DNA of 64,000 bases, from the NCBI GenBank assembly GCA_051859245.1, contig JBHYGA010000001.1, forward strand, positions 1,341,722-1,405,721, written 5' to 3'. The DNA comes from Gemmatimonadaceae bacterium (GTDB lineage Bacteria > Gemmatimonadota > Gemmatimonadetes > Gemmatimonadales > Gemmatimonadaceae). The notes below the pieces were generated by a model. That model saw only the letters and a list, made by a program, of their open reading frames with translations. It was not told the origin of the DNA and made no database searches. A program made the translations under genes and the position numbers. Below are positions 1 to 9,571 of the stretch, one piece after another (position 1 is the first letter of the stretch; each line of letters begins with the position of its first letter).

Positions 1-484
1 CAAGGCGGATGATGCGTTGCTCGACGACATTGCCAGCGCGGCGGCGCAAGCGGACGTTCCGATTCTGCATCATGTCTGGCAGGATCGGCGGCGCGAATGG
101 CCCAATCAGGACGCCAGCGACGGTGTGGAGCTTGGTCGACTGGCGGCGCGCCATCCGAGAACGCGCATACTGCTCGCGCATGTTGGTGGCGGCGGCGACT
201 ACGCGCATACGCTGCACGCCGTGCGCGATCTGCCCAATGTGAGCGTGGACTTGTCGGGCAGCGGCATTGATCGCGGGATGATGGATCTCACCATTGACGC
301 GTTGGGCGATCAGCGTGTGCAGTGGGCGGCCGATCTTACGCTGTGTACGGGGCTCACGAAAGCATGGGCACTCGAAGCCATCGGGCTGAGCAGCGACGCG
401 CTGACAAACATTCGCTGGCGCAATGCAGTGCGCTTCTTTTCACGCGCGCGCTTTACGCATCGCGGGGAGGCACTGGTTGCATGA
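1..484 (+). CDS. Amidohydrolase_2-family metallohydrolase, 5'-truncated by the window edge
   Basis: TIM-barrel motifs ILHH, LAHVGGG, VDLSGS and terminal WAADL; stop overlaps the next ATG (ATGA). Confidence 0.8.
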   Translation, partial: KADDALLDDIASAAAQADVPILHHVWQDRRREWPNQDASDGVELGRLAARHPRTRILLAHVGGGGDYAHTLHAVRDLPNVSVDLSGSGIDRGMMDLTIDALGDQRVQWAADLTLCTGLTKAWALEAIGLSSDALTNIRWRNAVRFFSRARFTHRGEALVA

Positions 485-1272
485 CGGCTGAACACACACT
501 GTTCGCACACGTTGACGTGAGCGCGTGGATCGGACCGTATCCGTTTCGTGAGGTGCCGCATCCGGATGCCGAGGTGTTGACGCGCGTGTTGGTGCGAGAA
601 CGCGTCGGGCGAGCGTGGGTTGGCTGGTTGCCGAGCGCGTGGCAGCGTGACCCTTCATCGGGCAACGCTCGACTCATCGAGGCACTGGCGCCGTACCGCG
701 ACGTGCTCGACCCGGCGCCCGCCGTTCGGCCGGACTGGCCGCGATGGGAGCGAGAGCTCGATCGAATGGTCGCCGCCGGTGCGACGTCGATTCGCGCCTA
801 TCCGGCGCAGTGGGGGCTCGGCCCGGGTCATGCTGCACTTTCTGCACTTGCCGCCGCGTGTGCAGAGCGCGCGGTCCCGCTGCACCTCACGGTGCGATTT
901 GAAGACCTGCGGCAGCGACACATGCACGACGTGGCTGGCGACGTGGCGGCCGCAACCGTCCGTACGCTCGCGCGCGCGGCGACCGGGTGCACCCTTGTGG
1001 TGAGCGGCGCTGGCCGGGAGTTCATTGAAGAGGTGAGCTGGGGCCTGACGCCAGACGAGCGTTCACGCCTCTGGTTCGATTTTGGCTGGGTGTGGGGGCC
1101 GCCTGACGATCAGTTCGCGCAGCTGGTGCGTACACTGGGTGCGTCCCGATTCGTGCTTGGCACGCAGTGGCCGCTGCGTCTGGTGCAGCAATCGCGAGCC
1201 CTGATCGCACTCTTGCCGGAGCACAGCACGGTTCCGCTTCCGTTGCCCGTGCCACGCTTGGAAACCGAATGA
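481..1272 (+). CDS. Amidohydrolase-fold protein with degenerate metal ligands
   Basis: ATG 481 coupled to the upstream stop. DVSAWIGPYPF replaces DxHxH; RFVLGTQWP replaces GTDxP. Confidence 0.75.
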   Translation: MTAEHTLFAHVDVSAWIGPYPFREVPHPDAEVLTRVLVRERVGRAWVGWLPSAWQRDPSSGNARLIEALAPYRDVLDPAPAVRPDWPRWERELDRMVAAGATSIRAYPAQWGLGPGHAALSALAAACAERAVPLHLTVRFEDLRQRHMHDVAGDVAAATVRTLARAATGCTLVVSGAGREFIEEVSWGLTPDERSRLWFDFGWVWGPPDDQFAQLVRTLGASRFVLGTQWPLRLVQQSRALIALLPEHSTVPLPLPVPRLETE

Positions 1273-1403
1273 CCGGGCAATCTGTTGTGGCGGTGACGAG
1301 AGATCCGCTCGCGGACCGCTTGTTCGTGTGACTGTCGGAGTACGGTGTCGCGCCAGTGCAAAAAAGGAGTAGGAAATACGCCTACTCTTTGCAGTGTTTG
1401 CAC

Positions 1404-1432
1404 TTGCGTACAAATACTACCACCGACATACT
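1404..1432 (+). promoter_or_regulatory. Candidate sigma70 promoter of the act operon
   Basis: TTGCGT-17 bp-CATACT in an AT-richer gap about 130 bp before actA. Confidence 0.45.
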
Positions 1433-1559
1433 ACGCGATTGTGCTTACCGACCTCGACCGAGGAAAGAAGGTGTGACGCTGTACGTGCACACGCGCGTTG
1501 CTTTCGCCGGTGGAAGTCTCTCCCGTACGCCTCACCACTCCACCATCACGGTCGAGTAG

Positions 1560-2183
1560 ATGACGACGAAAAAGAAGTGGACAGTCATTCCTGGTTTCCT
1601 TGCGCTTGCGGCAGCGGCTACGCTGTTGTCGGCGTACAGCGGCGCCTCCTCCTCGCAGGGCAAGCTCGTTGAGCAGCCGGTCAAGTTCATCCATGCGCCG
1701 CACGTTGCGAAGCTTGGCATGAACTGCCTGTACTGCCATTCCCAGGCCAATAAGGCCATGGATCCGGGCAATGCGTCTGTGGCCACGTGCATGGGTTGCC
1801 ATACGCTGGTCAAGACCGATAGCCCCGAGATCAAGAAGGTCGCGGAGTATTGGAACAAGAAAGAGCCGATCCCGTGGAATCGCGTGCACAAAGTTCCGGA
1901 CTACGTGCAGTTCCCGCACATGCGTCACGTCAACGCCGGTGTGACCTGCCAGTCTTGCCACGGCGAGATTCAGAAGCAGGGCGAAGCTGGCGTCGCAGAT
2001 GGGTACAAGCCCGTGGAACAGTATGCATCGCTCAACATGGGTTGGTGCATCAACTGTCACGTGCAGGGCTACAAGCCGTCTGAAGGCGCGCGCCTCGCTG
2101 GCATGCCCGACAGTGTTGTAAAAGCGCTCGAAAAAGAACCCGTGAAGAAGGCGCGTTACGATTGCGCCGTCTGCCACTACTGA
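1560..2183 (+). CDS. actA: Alternative complex III pentaheme cytochrome c subunit A
   Basis: N-terminal membrane anchor and five CxxCH motifs (CLYCH, CMGCH, CQSCH, CINCH, CAVCH); PIPWNRVHKVPDYVQFPH motif. Confidence 0.93.
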   Translation: MTTKKKWTVIPGFLALAAAATLLSAYSGASSSQGKLVEQPVKFIHAPHVAKLGMNCLYCHSQANKAMDPGNASVATCMGCHTLVKTDSPEIKKVAEYWNKKEPIPWNRVHKVPDYVQFPHMRHVNAGVTCQSCHGEIQKQGEAGVADGYKPVEQYASLNMGWCINCHVQGYKPSEGARLAGMPDSVVKALEKEPVKKARYDCAVCHY

Positions 2184-2269
2184 TCCTCGACTGACCACTT
2201 ACCTCGTGCGTCGGTCGGGGAGTCCCCCGAAGCCGACGTGCGAGCAGCCGCCAGGAGCGGAGTGACTGC

Positions 2270-5200
2270 ATGAGCACTGAAGCGGGAAGCGGCGTCAAGC
2301 GCCGAGACTTCCTCAAGATTCTCGGCGCGACGGGCGCCACCACTGCGGTGGTGGGTTGCTCGTCTGAAAAAGTCGGGAAATTGATCCCTTATGTCTCGTC
2401 ACCGGACAATACGGTGGCCGGTGTGTCGCAGTTCTATGCGACCACGTGCAAGGAATGCGCAACGGGTTGCGGTGTGCTCGCAGAAGTACGCGACGGACGC
2501 CCGATCAAGTTGGAAGGCAATCCTGAGCACCCGGTAAACCGTGGCGCGATTTGCGCGACCGGCATGTCGGCGATGCAGGGCCTCTATAATCCGGATCGCT
2601 ATCGCCAGCCGATGCTGCGCGAGGGCACCGCGCTGTCACCAGTTACCTGGGATCGTGCACTCGAAGTGCTCGGCCAGAAGCTTGGTGAAGTGAAGAGCCG
2701 TGGTGGCGCTGCCAACGCGGTGTTCCTCAACGCGCACGAGACGGGAAGCTTCCCCGGATTCCTCGACCAGTGGCTGAGTGCGCAGGGCATGCCCGCGCAT
2801 CTGTCGGTGGATACGATGGCTCCGGCGGCCACGATTTCGTCCAACCGCGCCGCGTACGGTGTGGCGTGGCCGTCTATCGACTTCAAGGCGTCGTCGCTGA
2901 TTCTGAGTTTCTCGGCGGACTTCCTCGATACGTGGGGACATCGCGTCCCGCAGCAGCTCGATTGGGCCGATGCGCGTGCGCAGCTCGAAGGTGCGCCCAA
3001 GCTGGTCTACATCGGCGCACGTCGTTCGCTTACGGGGCTTAATGCAGATCAGTGGATTCCGGCCAAGCCCGGCAGCGAAATGGCGATCTGCGACGCAATC
3101 CTCGGTCGCGGCACCGCCGCCGCTGCGGCCACGGCGGCTGACGTCAGTGAAGCCACTATCACGGCGCTGATCGCCGCGGTCAAAGCCGCGGGATCCAAAG
3201 TGCTCGCGCTGTGCGGCATGAATACGCCTGATGCCGTTGAGTGCGGCACGATGGTCGCCGACATCAACAAGACCAACGGTAGCGTCGGCACCACGATCAA
3301 GCCTGCGATGGCGCACGCTGGTTATGAAGGTGTTGCCAGCTATCTCGATCTCGTCGACGCCACCGAGCGCATGGCCGCGGGCAGTGTCCCGGTCGCGTTC
3401 GTGCGCAATGTGAATCCTGCGCACAGCATGCCAAAGGCTGCGGGTTTCGGCGAGGCATTCGCCAAGGTTGGCTTCAAGGTTTCGTTCTCGAGCATGCCAG
3501 ACGAAACGAGCGAACTGTGCGATCTCATTTTGCCAGACAATCACTGGTTGGAGAGCTGGGGCGACGCCGTAGCCATGGCGGGCGAGCGTTCGTTCGTGCA
3601 GCCGGCGCTGGAGCCGGTGTTTGACACGCGCAGTGTTGGTGATGTGCTCATCACCGCCGCCCGCGCTGACGGCACGATCGCCTCGCGTTTCTCGCAGCCT
3701 GATTATCGCAGCTGGATGATCGCCAACTTTGCCGGTGGTGCATCCGCGTTCGCAACGGCACTCACCAAGGCCACCGTCAGCGGTTCGCCGGTTGCAGCGC
3801 GCGGAACGCGTACCGCCGTCGCTTCGCGCGGCGCAACGGCAGCGGCCGGCGACGGCGACATGTTTGTGGTGGTGTATCCATCGGCCACGCTCGGCGATGG
3901 CGCCGGCGCCAACAAGCCGTGGTTGCAGGAGCTTCCGGATCCCGTCACCAAGATTGCCTGGCAGTCGTGGGTAGAGATCCATCCGAAAACCGCCAAGGAA
4001 ATGGGCGTTCGCGAAGGCGAGCACCTCACGATCAAAACGGCTGCCGGTGAAGTCACCGCGCCGGCCTATCCGTATATGGGTGTGCGTCCGGATACGGTGG
4101 CCATCGCGCTTGGTCAGGGTCACACGGCGTACGGTCGCTTCGCGATGAACGTCGGCGTGAACGCCTACGCGCTCGCCACCAGCAGTTTCGACTCGGCGGG
4201 CAACCTTGCGCTCGGTGCCCTTAAGGCCACCGTCACGCGTGGTGAAGAGCATAGCCCGCTGGTCACCACCGAAGGTTCAGCGCGTCAGCACGGACGTGGA
4301 ATCGCGCAGGCCATGATGGCCGCGGCGATTTCGGCGCCCGAAGTTGAAGAAGAGCATCACGAGATTGCCGGACACGTGTCGCAGGAGTTCTTGCCGGGCC
4401 TCAAGTCGCCAGTGGCGGCCGATGCGCAGGGCGAGTACGCGAACCCCAAGGCGAAAGACAAGGGGATGTACAACCCCGAGCATCCGACCAAAGCCGAGGC
4501 GCGTCGTTGGGCCATGACGATCGATCTCGCGCGTTGCACCGGTTGTTCGGCGTGCGTCACGGCGTGTTACAGCGAGAACAACATTCCCACGGTCGGCGCC
4601 ACGTATCAGGGTCGTGCGCTGAGCCCGGCCACGTGGGACGAGCGTCCGGGCGCGAATATCATCAAGGGCCGAGAAATGGCCTGGATTCGTCTCGAGCGCT
4701 ACTACGAAGGCAACACGAACACGGAGAACGAGTTCTCGCCGGATTTTGAGGCGCGTTTCGTTCCAATGATGTGTCAGCACTGCGGCAACGCGCCGTGCGA
4801 GCCGGTGTGCCCTGTGTACGCCACGTATCACTCGCCCGACGGTCTCAACGTGCAGGTCTACAACCGTTGCGTCGGCACGCGTTACTGCTCGAACAACTGC
4901 CCATATAAGGTTCGCTACTACAACTGGTTCGGCTACGGTGAGCCGGAGCGTCGTCAGTACGCGTGGCCCGAGCCGATGCATTGGATGCTCAATCCCGATG
5001 TCACGGTTCGTGGTAAGGGTGTCATGGAGAAGTGCACGTTCTGCGTGCAGCGCATCCGTGAAGGAGAAAATCGGGCGCGGTCCGAGGAGCGTGAGCTCAA
5101 TGCGGACGAGTTCACCACCGCGTGTGCGCAGGCCTGTCCGTCGCGTGCCATCGTGTTCGGTGATGCGGCCGATGAAAATTGGAGTGTGGCGAAGCTCGCA

Positions 5201-5308
5201 TATGACAGACGTGCCTACCACGTGTTCGAAGAGTTGAACACGTACACGGCCGTCGTCTATCTGAAGAAGGTCAACCACCCGGCGCCTGCGGCGTCGGCAA
5301 CGGCCTGA
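2270..5308 (+). CDS. actB: ACIII subunit B (molybdopterin-oxidoreductase-like domain fused to a polyferredoxin)
   Basis: Tat motif [21 protein letters not shown]; Fe-S motifs [41 protein letters not shown]...CAQACP. Confidence 0.93.
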   Translation: MSTEAGSGVKRRDFLKILGATGATTAVVGCSSEKVGKLIPYVSSPDNTVAGVSQFYATTCKECATGCGVLAEVRDGRPIKLEGNPEHPVNRGAICATGMSAMQGLYNPDRYRQPMLREGTALSPVTWDRALEVLGQKLGEVKSRGGAANAVFLNAHETGSFPGFLDQWLSAQGMPAHLSVDTMAPAATISSNRAAYGVAWPSIDFKASSLILSFSADFLDTWGHRVPQQLDWADARAQLEGAPKLVYIGARRSLTGLNADQWIPAKPGSEMAICDAILGRGTAAAAATAADVSEATITALIAAVKAAGSKVLALCGMNTPDAVECGTMVADINKTNGSVGTTIKPAMAHAGYEGVASYLDLVDATERMAAGSVPVAFVRNVNPAHSMPKAAGFGEAFAKVGFKVSFSSMPDETSELCDLILPDNHWLESWGDAVAMAGERSFVQPALEPVFDTRSVGDVLITAARADGTIASRFSQPDYRSWMIANFAGGASAFATALTKATVSGSPVAARGTRTAVASRGATAAAGDGDMFVVVYPSATLGDGAGANKPWLQELPDPVTKIAWQSWVEIHPKTAKEMGVREGEHLTIKTAAGEVTAPAYPYMGVRPDTVAIALGQGHTAYGRFAMNVGVNAYALATSSFDSAGNLALGALKATVTRGEEHSPLVTTEGSARQHGRGIAQAMMAAAISAPEVEEEHHEIAGHVSQEFLPGLKSPVAADAQGEYANPKAKDKGMYNPEHPTKAEARRWAMTIDLARCTGCSACVTACYSENNIPTVGATYQGRALSPATWDERPGANIIKGREMAWIRLERYYEGNTNTENEFSPDFEARFVPMMCQHCGNAPCEPVCPVYATYHSPDGLNVQVYNRCVGTRYCSNNCPYKVRYYNWFGYGEPERRQYAWPEPMHWMLNPDVTVRGKGVMEKCTFCVQRIREGENRARSEERELNADEFTTACAQACPSRAIVFGDAADENWSVAKLAYDRRAYHVFEELNTYTAVVYLKKVNHPAPAASATA

Positions 5309-5322
5309 GGAGGCATCACCGG

Positions 5323-6723
5323 ATGGGCACCATCGCGCAACCGGTCGAGGGGCTTCGCCGGCCGAACATTGCATCGGCCGACGTACAGCTCCCTGCGGTC
5401 ACGGATTACGAGCAAGTCGATCGCGAGATTATCGCGACTCTCGGTTTCACCAAAAAATGGCTGTTGGGCCTGGGCATCGCGGTCTGCGCGATGCTGGTGG
5501 GCGCCTCAGCCTGGATTTATCAGATCTACTGGGGACTCGGACAGGCGGGCTATGAGCCGCCGGTGATGTGGGGTGTCTACATCATCACGTTCGTTTTCTG
5601 GGTTGGTATCGGTCACGCCGGTACACTGATTTCCGCCATTCTGTATCTCTTCCGCGCCGGCTTCCGAACCTCGATTTATCGAGCGGCAGAAGCGATGACC
5701 GTGTTCGCCGTTATGACGGCCGGTCTGTTTCCGATCATTCACATCGGACGCCCGTGGAAGTTCTTCTGGCTGATTCCGTATCCGAACTGGCGTTTGTTGT
5801 GGCCGAACTTCAAGTCGCCGCTCGTGTGGGACGTGTTCGCTATCTCCACGTATCTCACGATCTCGACCACGTTCCTCTACATCGGTCTCATTCCTGACTT
5901 CGCCGTGCTGCGCGATCGGGAAACCAACCCGATGCGCAAGCGGATCTACGGCATCCTCTCGCTCGGCTGGCGGAACAGCGATCGTGAGTGGCGTCATTTT
6001 GCGAAGGCCTATCTGTTCCTCGCGGCCTTCTCAACCCCGCTCGTACTGTCCGTGCACTCGGTCGTTTCCTTCGACTTCGCCATGTCGTTGGTGCCGGGTT
6101 GGCACGCCTCCATCTTCCCGCCGTACTTCGTCGCCGGTGCCATCTTCTCCGGCTTCGCGATGGTGTGGACGATCGCGATCCCGATGAGAAAGTGGTTCAA
6201 GCTCGAGCACTACATCACGCTCAATCATCTCGACGCAACGGCCAAGGTCGTGCTGTTCACGTCGCTCGTGGTTGGCTGCGCGTACCTGATCGAGTTCTTC
6301 ATTGCCTGGTACAGCGGCGTGCGTCCGGAACAGGAGTTCTTCTGGAATCGCGTGTTCGGTCAGTGGTGGTGGGCGGCCTGGATCATGTTGCTTTGCAACA
6401 TGGCGCTGCCAATGTCGCTCTGGTCGCAGAAGCTGCGTCGTAACCCCACGTGGCTCTGGTTCCTGTCGATCTTCATTAACATCGGCATGTGGTACGAGCG
6501 CTTCGTGATCGTGGTGCCGTCACTCAGTCACGAGTTCGAGCCGTGGCAGTGGGGCAGCTACACGCCGAGCTGGGTGGACATGAGCTTCCTCGTTGGTTCG
6601 TTCGGCTGGTTCTTCATGTGGTTCCTGTTGTTTGTGAAGCAGATGCCGGTCATGGCAATCATGGAACTCAAGGAAATCGTTGTTCCCAAGCGCAAGCATG
6701 CGCATGACGGAGGGCACCACTGA
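5323..6723 (+). CDS. actC: ACIII subunit C (NrfD/PsrC-family quinol-binding membrane protein)
   Basis: Polytopic; FVFWVGIGHAGTLISAIL, HIGRPW, SPLVWDVFAISTY, VLSVHSVVSFDF. Confidence 0.93.
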   Translation: MGTIAQPVEGLRRPNIASADVQLPAVTDYEQVDREIIATLGFTKKWLLGLGIAVCAMLVGASAWIYQIYWGLGQAGYEPPVMWGVYIITFVFWVGIGHAGTLISAILYLFRAGFRTSIYRAAEAMTVFAVMTAGLFPIIHIGRPWKFFWLIPYPNWRLLWPNFKSPLVWDVFAISTYLTISTTFLYIGLIPDFAVLRDRETNPMRKRIYGILSLGWRNSDREWRHFAKAYLFLAAFSTPLVLSVHSVVSFDFAMSLVPGWHASIFPPYFVAGAIFSGFAMVWTIAIPMRKWFKLEHYITLNHLDATAKVVLFTSLVVGCAYLIEFFIAWYSGVRPEQEFFWNRVFGQWWWAAWIMLLCNMALPMSLWSQKLRRNPTWLWFLSIFINIGMWYERFVIVVPSLSHEFEPWQWGSYTPSWVDMSFLVGSFGWFFMWFLLFVKQMPVMAIMELKEIVVPKRKHAHDGGHH

Positions 6724-7223
6724 TGCAGGGTGTGCTCGGCGCGTTTCATCATCTCGACACCACGGTGCACGCCATTGAGGAGCTGAAGAAAGCTCGTCTC
6801 GGTGACGTCACCGTGTACTCACCAACGATCCGTCACGAAATCGACGAAGCGATTGACGGACCAAACAGTGTGGTGCGTCGGTTCACGCTGGTTGGCGGTT
6901 TGCTGGGTGTGTCTTTCGGATACTGGATCTCGATCTGGACGGGCGATTACTGGCCGCTCGTAACAGGTGGCAAAGCGATTGCCTCGTGGATTCCGTACAC
7001 GATCATTGGATTCGAAGTCATGGTGCTTGTGGGCTGCCTTTCAACGGTCGCCGGCATGTTCATCAATGCACGCATTCCGCGTCTCACCACCACGGTGGGA
7101 TACGATCCGCGCTTCAGCGGTGGTCACTTCGGCATTTTTGTTTCCTGTGGTGCTGACAAAGCGCCGCAGGTCGAAGCGCTGCTGCAAAAGCACGGTGCCG
7201 ACGAGGTGCGTCGTGAAGCTTAA
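6723..7223 (+). CDS. actD: ACIII subunit D (DUF3341-like)
   Basis: Two TM helices, WPLVTGGK and YDPRFS motifs; operon position. Confidence 0.88.
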   Translation: MQGVLGAFHHLDTTVHAIEELKKARLGDVTVYSPTIRHEIDEAIDGPNSVVRRFTLVGGLLGVSFGYWISIWTGDYWPLVTGGKAIASWIPYTIIGFEVMVLVGCLSTVAGMFINARIPRLTTTVGYDPRFSGGHFGIFVSCGADKAPQVEALLQKHGADEVRREA

Positions 7224-8040
7224 GCCAACTGTTATGCCTGCCTTTTCGCGTGCGGCTCGCGCCGTACTCGCGGTGTCGCTTCCGTTTTCGTTCAGCGCGT
7301 GCGCCTGGTTCACCGATTTCAAGAATCAGCCGCGTCTTGAGCCGTGGGAGCCATTCAACGTATCGGCAACAGACACCACGGTGAGCGCACCGCGCTTCAA
7401 CCCGCAGATGTCGGTGCCGGTGCAGGGTACGCTCGTTGCTGGCGTTGCCGTTTCGTACACGCCACTCCCGCTCACGGTTGACTCGATGTCCGGTTTGGCC
7501 AATCCAACGGCCGCCGATGCGCGATCGCTGGACAACGGCCGCATGTACTACTCGATCAACTGCGCGATGTGTCACGGTGAACTCGGCGACGGCAAAGGCT
7601 CCATGGCCGCCGCGGGTTACCCGTACTATCCGAGCATCATCAACGAGTCCGGCAAGGGCCGTTCCGATGGGTACATCTGGGGCATCATTCGAAACGGGCG
7701 CGGCGGCATGCCGAACTACGCCCGCATCGAAGAAGCCGATCGCTGGGATGTCGTGAACTACGTACGTGCGTTGCAGGCTGGTACCGCCGTGATCGGTCCG
7801 CACGGCATGCCAGGGCAGAACGGTGCCACGGTGCCTCGTGCATCCGCTACGGCGCCGCAGAAGTCAGCACCGTTTGTGCCGGGCGCTGTGCAGCTCACGC
7901 CGGGAAGCTCGGGCAAGAACGCCGCGACTTCTGGCCGTGAAAAGATTTCGTTCCCCAATGGTGCCACAACGACCGGCGGCGGAACGGGACACGATGAAGA
8001 ATCAGACGCGGCCGACGCGGCCCAGGAGATGTTCGAGTGA
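7213..8040 (+). CDS. actE: ACIII subunit E, monoheme cytochrome c lipoprotein
   Basis: Likely GTG start 7213 (GAGGTG upstream; ATG 7234 is an alternative); lipobox FSAC; CAMCH; GGMP distal Met. Confidence 0.88.
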   Translation: MKLKPTVMPAFSRAARAVLAVSLPFSFSACAWFTDFKNQPRLEPWEPFNVSATDTTVSAPRFNPQMSVPVQGTLVAGVAVSYTPLPLTVDSMSGLANPTAADARSLDNGRMYYSINCAMCHGELGDGKGSMAAAGYPYYPSIINESGKGRSDGYIWGIIRNGRGGMPNYARIEEADRWDVVNYVRALQAGTAVIGPHGMPGQNGATVPRASATAPQKSAPFVPGAVQLTPGSSGKNAATSGREKISFPNGATTTGGGTGHDEESDAADAAQEMFE

Positions 8041-9374
8041 GCGGCGTCCATCATTACCACTATCCGACGCGCGAAGAGTTCCAGAAACGCATCGGTGATT
8101 CGGCGGTCCCCAAAACGCTGAAGACAGCGGCCCTCGTGGCCGCTGTGCTTGGCATGGCGTTGTTTGTGTTTGGCGCCGTGACGGGCGAACAGCGCGCCTG
8201 GCATGCGTTGCACTTCAACTGGATCTTCCTCGCCACGATCTCGTCTGCGGGCGTCGCGTTTGCTGCGGTGCAGCGACTCACCACGGCGCGTTGGTCGCGT
8301 CCGATTGTGCGCTTCTTCGAAGGCTACGTGGCGTTTCTGCCGGTAGCGTTCGTGCTCTTGCTGCTCATTCTGTTCCCCGGACGTGAAGCCATCTTCACGT
8401 GGGCCGGTCGTGAGCACATTGAAATCGCCGAAAAGGCGGCTTATCTCGATCCCACGTTCTTCGTACTGCGCGGCATCGTGCTCTTTGGCGCGATGACGGC
8501 CGTCATGATGTGGTTCGTGTATCGCTCGGTTCGCGTGGACGTGGCCAGCATGCCAAAGTTCACGGGCGCCAAGTGGGCCGAGGGTCTGCGTACGCGCATG
8601 CGCACGGGCTTTGGTGAAGAGCGTCGTGAGTTGCACAACACGCACTCCATCCTCGGCAAGCTCGCTGTTGCCGTGTGCATGTTGTTTGTGGTGGGCTGGT
8701 GCTTCATGGCGTGGGATTACTCCATGTCGCTCACCTTGCACTGGCAGCAGACGATGTACGCCTGGATCGTGTTCATGTGCGGCTGGTTGGGCATGATCAT
8801 GTCGGCGTCGCTGCTCTGCCTCTGGTGGCGTAAGCAGATGCAGGTTCAGGATCTCGTGACCGTGAACCACATGTGGGACATGGGCAAGCTGGCGTTCGCG
8901 TTCACCGCGTTCTTTGGCTACATCAGCTTCAGCCAGTATCTGGTGATCTGGTACGGCAACATGCCGGAAGAAACACACTTCTACAATCTGCGTCTCAGCG
9001 GTGTGTGGAAGACCACAACATCGTTGATTCCGATTCTCGCCTTCATCCTGCCGTTCGGCGGACTGATTTCGAAGGCGGCCAAGGTGTACTTCCCAACGTT
9101 CGTGCTCTTCGCGTCGTGCAGCTTGCTTGGTACGTGGCTGCACCGCTACATCGAAGTGTACCCGAGCATTTACGGTGTGGTTGACCATCTGCCGTTCGGC
9201 ATCTGGGAAGTTGGCATCGCGCTCGGCATGATCGGGCTCTGGTTCACGTGCTACTTCGCGTTCATGGATGCGTTCCCCAAGATGCGCGTGTTCATGATGA
9301 CGTCGCCGTATCGCGATGAAGTGCAGGTCCCGGTGGATCCACGCACCATGGAACCGCTGCCCGCACACGAGTAA
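8037..9374 (+). CDS. actF: ACIII subunit F (second NrfD-like membrane subunit)
   Basis: Polytopic; WDMGKL and FSQYLVIWYGNMPEET motifs. Confidence 0.9.
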   Translation: MSGVHHYHYPTREEFQKRIGDSAVPKTLKTAALVAAVLGMALFVFGAVTGEQRAWHALHFNWIFLATISSAGVAFAAVQRLTTARWSRPIVRFFEGYVAFLPVAFVLLLLILFPGREAIFTWAGREHIEIAEKAAYLDPTFFVLRGIVLFGAMTAVMMWFVYRSVRVDVASMPKFTGAKWAEGLRTRMRTGFGEERRELHNTHSILGKLAVAVCMLFVVGWCFMAWDYSMSLTLHWQQTMYAWIVFMCGWLGMIMSASLLCLWWRKQMQVQDLVTVNHMWDMGKLAFAFTAFFGYISFSQYLVIWYGNMPEETHFYNLRLSGVWKTTTSLIPILAFILPFGGLISKAAKVYFPTFVLFASCSLLGTWLHRYIEVYPSIYGVVDHLPFGIWEVGIALGMIGLWFTCYFAFMDAFPKMRVFMMTSPYRDEVQVPVDPRTMEPLPAHE

Positions 9375-9394
9375 CAACGCACGAACACGGCATG

Positions 9395-9435
9395 AAAAAG
9401 GGCCGACTCCTTCGCGGAGTCGGCCCTGTGTTTTT
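9395..9435. terminator. Intrinsic terminator after actF, probably bidirectional
   Basis: AGGGCCGACTCC-ttcgc-GGAGTCGGCCCT with an A-run before and GTGTTTTT after. Confidence 0.8.
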
Positions 9436-9480
9436 CCGGGCTTCCACTGCACGGCAGTGGTTCGCTATGTTTGACAAGTG

Positions 9481-9553
9481 GGGGCGTTAGCTCAGCTGGG
9501 AGAGCGCTCGCTTTGCAAGCGAGAGGTCATCGGTTCGATCCCGATACGCTCCA
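9481..9553 (+). tRNA. tRNA-Ala(TGC), 3' CCA not encoded
   Basis: Acceptor GGGGCGT/ACGCTCC with G3:U70; anticodon arm CTCGC-TTTGCAA-GCGAG; T-loop GGTTCGATCCC. Confidence 0.97.
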
Positions 9554-9571
9554 TGTTTTCGAACGTGGTAT

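Noticed and set aside
2636..9452. Long minus-strand ORFs (538, 365 and 564 aa) over the act operon
   Set aside because: Antisense shadows of high-GC coding sequence with no motifs; the same applies to 14415..15707, 30324..31631 and 39240..40250.
9551..9556. Missing encoded CCA on both tRNAs
   Set aside because: Common in bacteria with CCA-adding enzymes; not a sign of pseudogenes.
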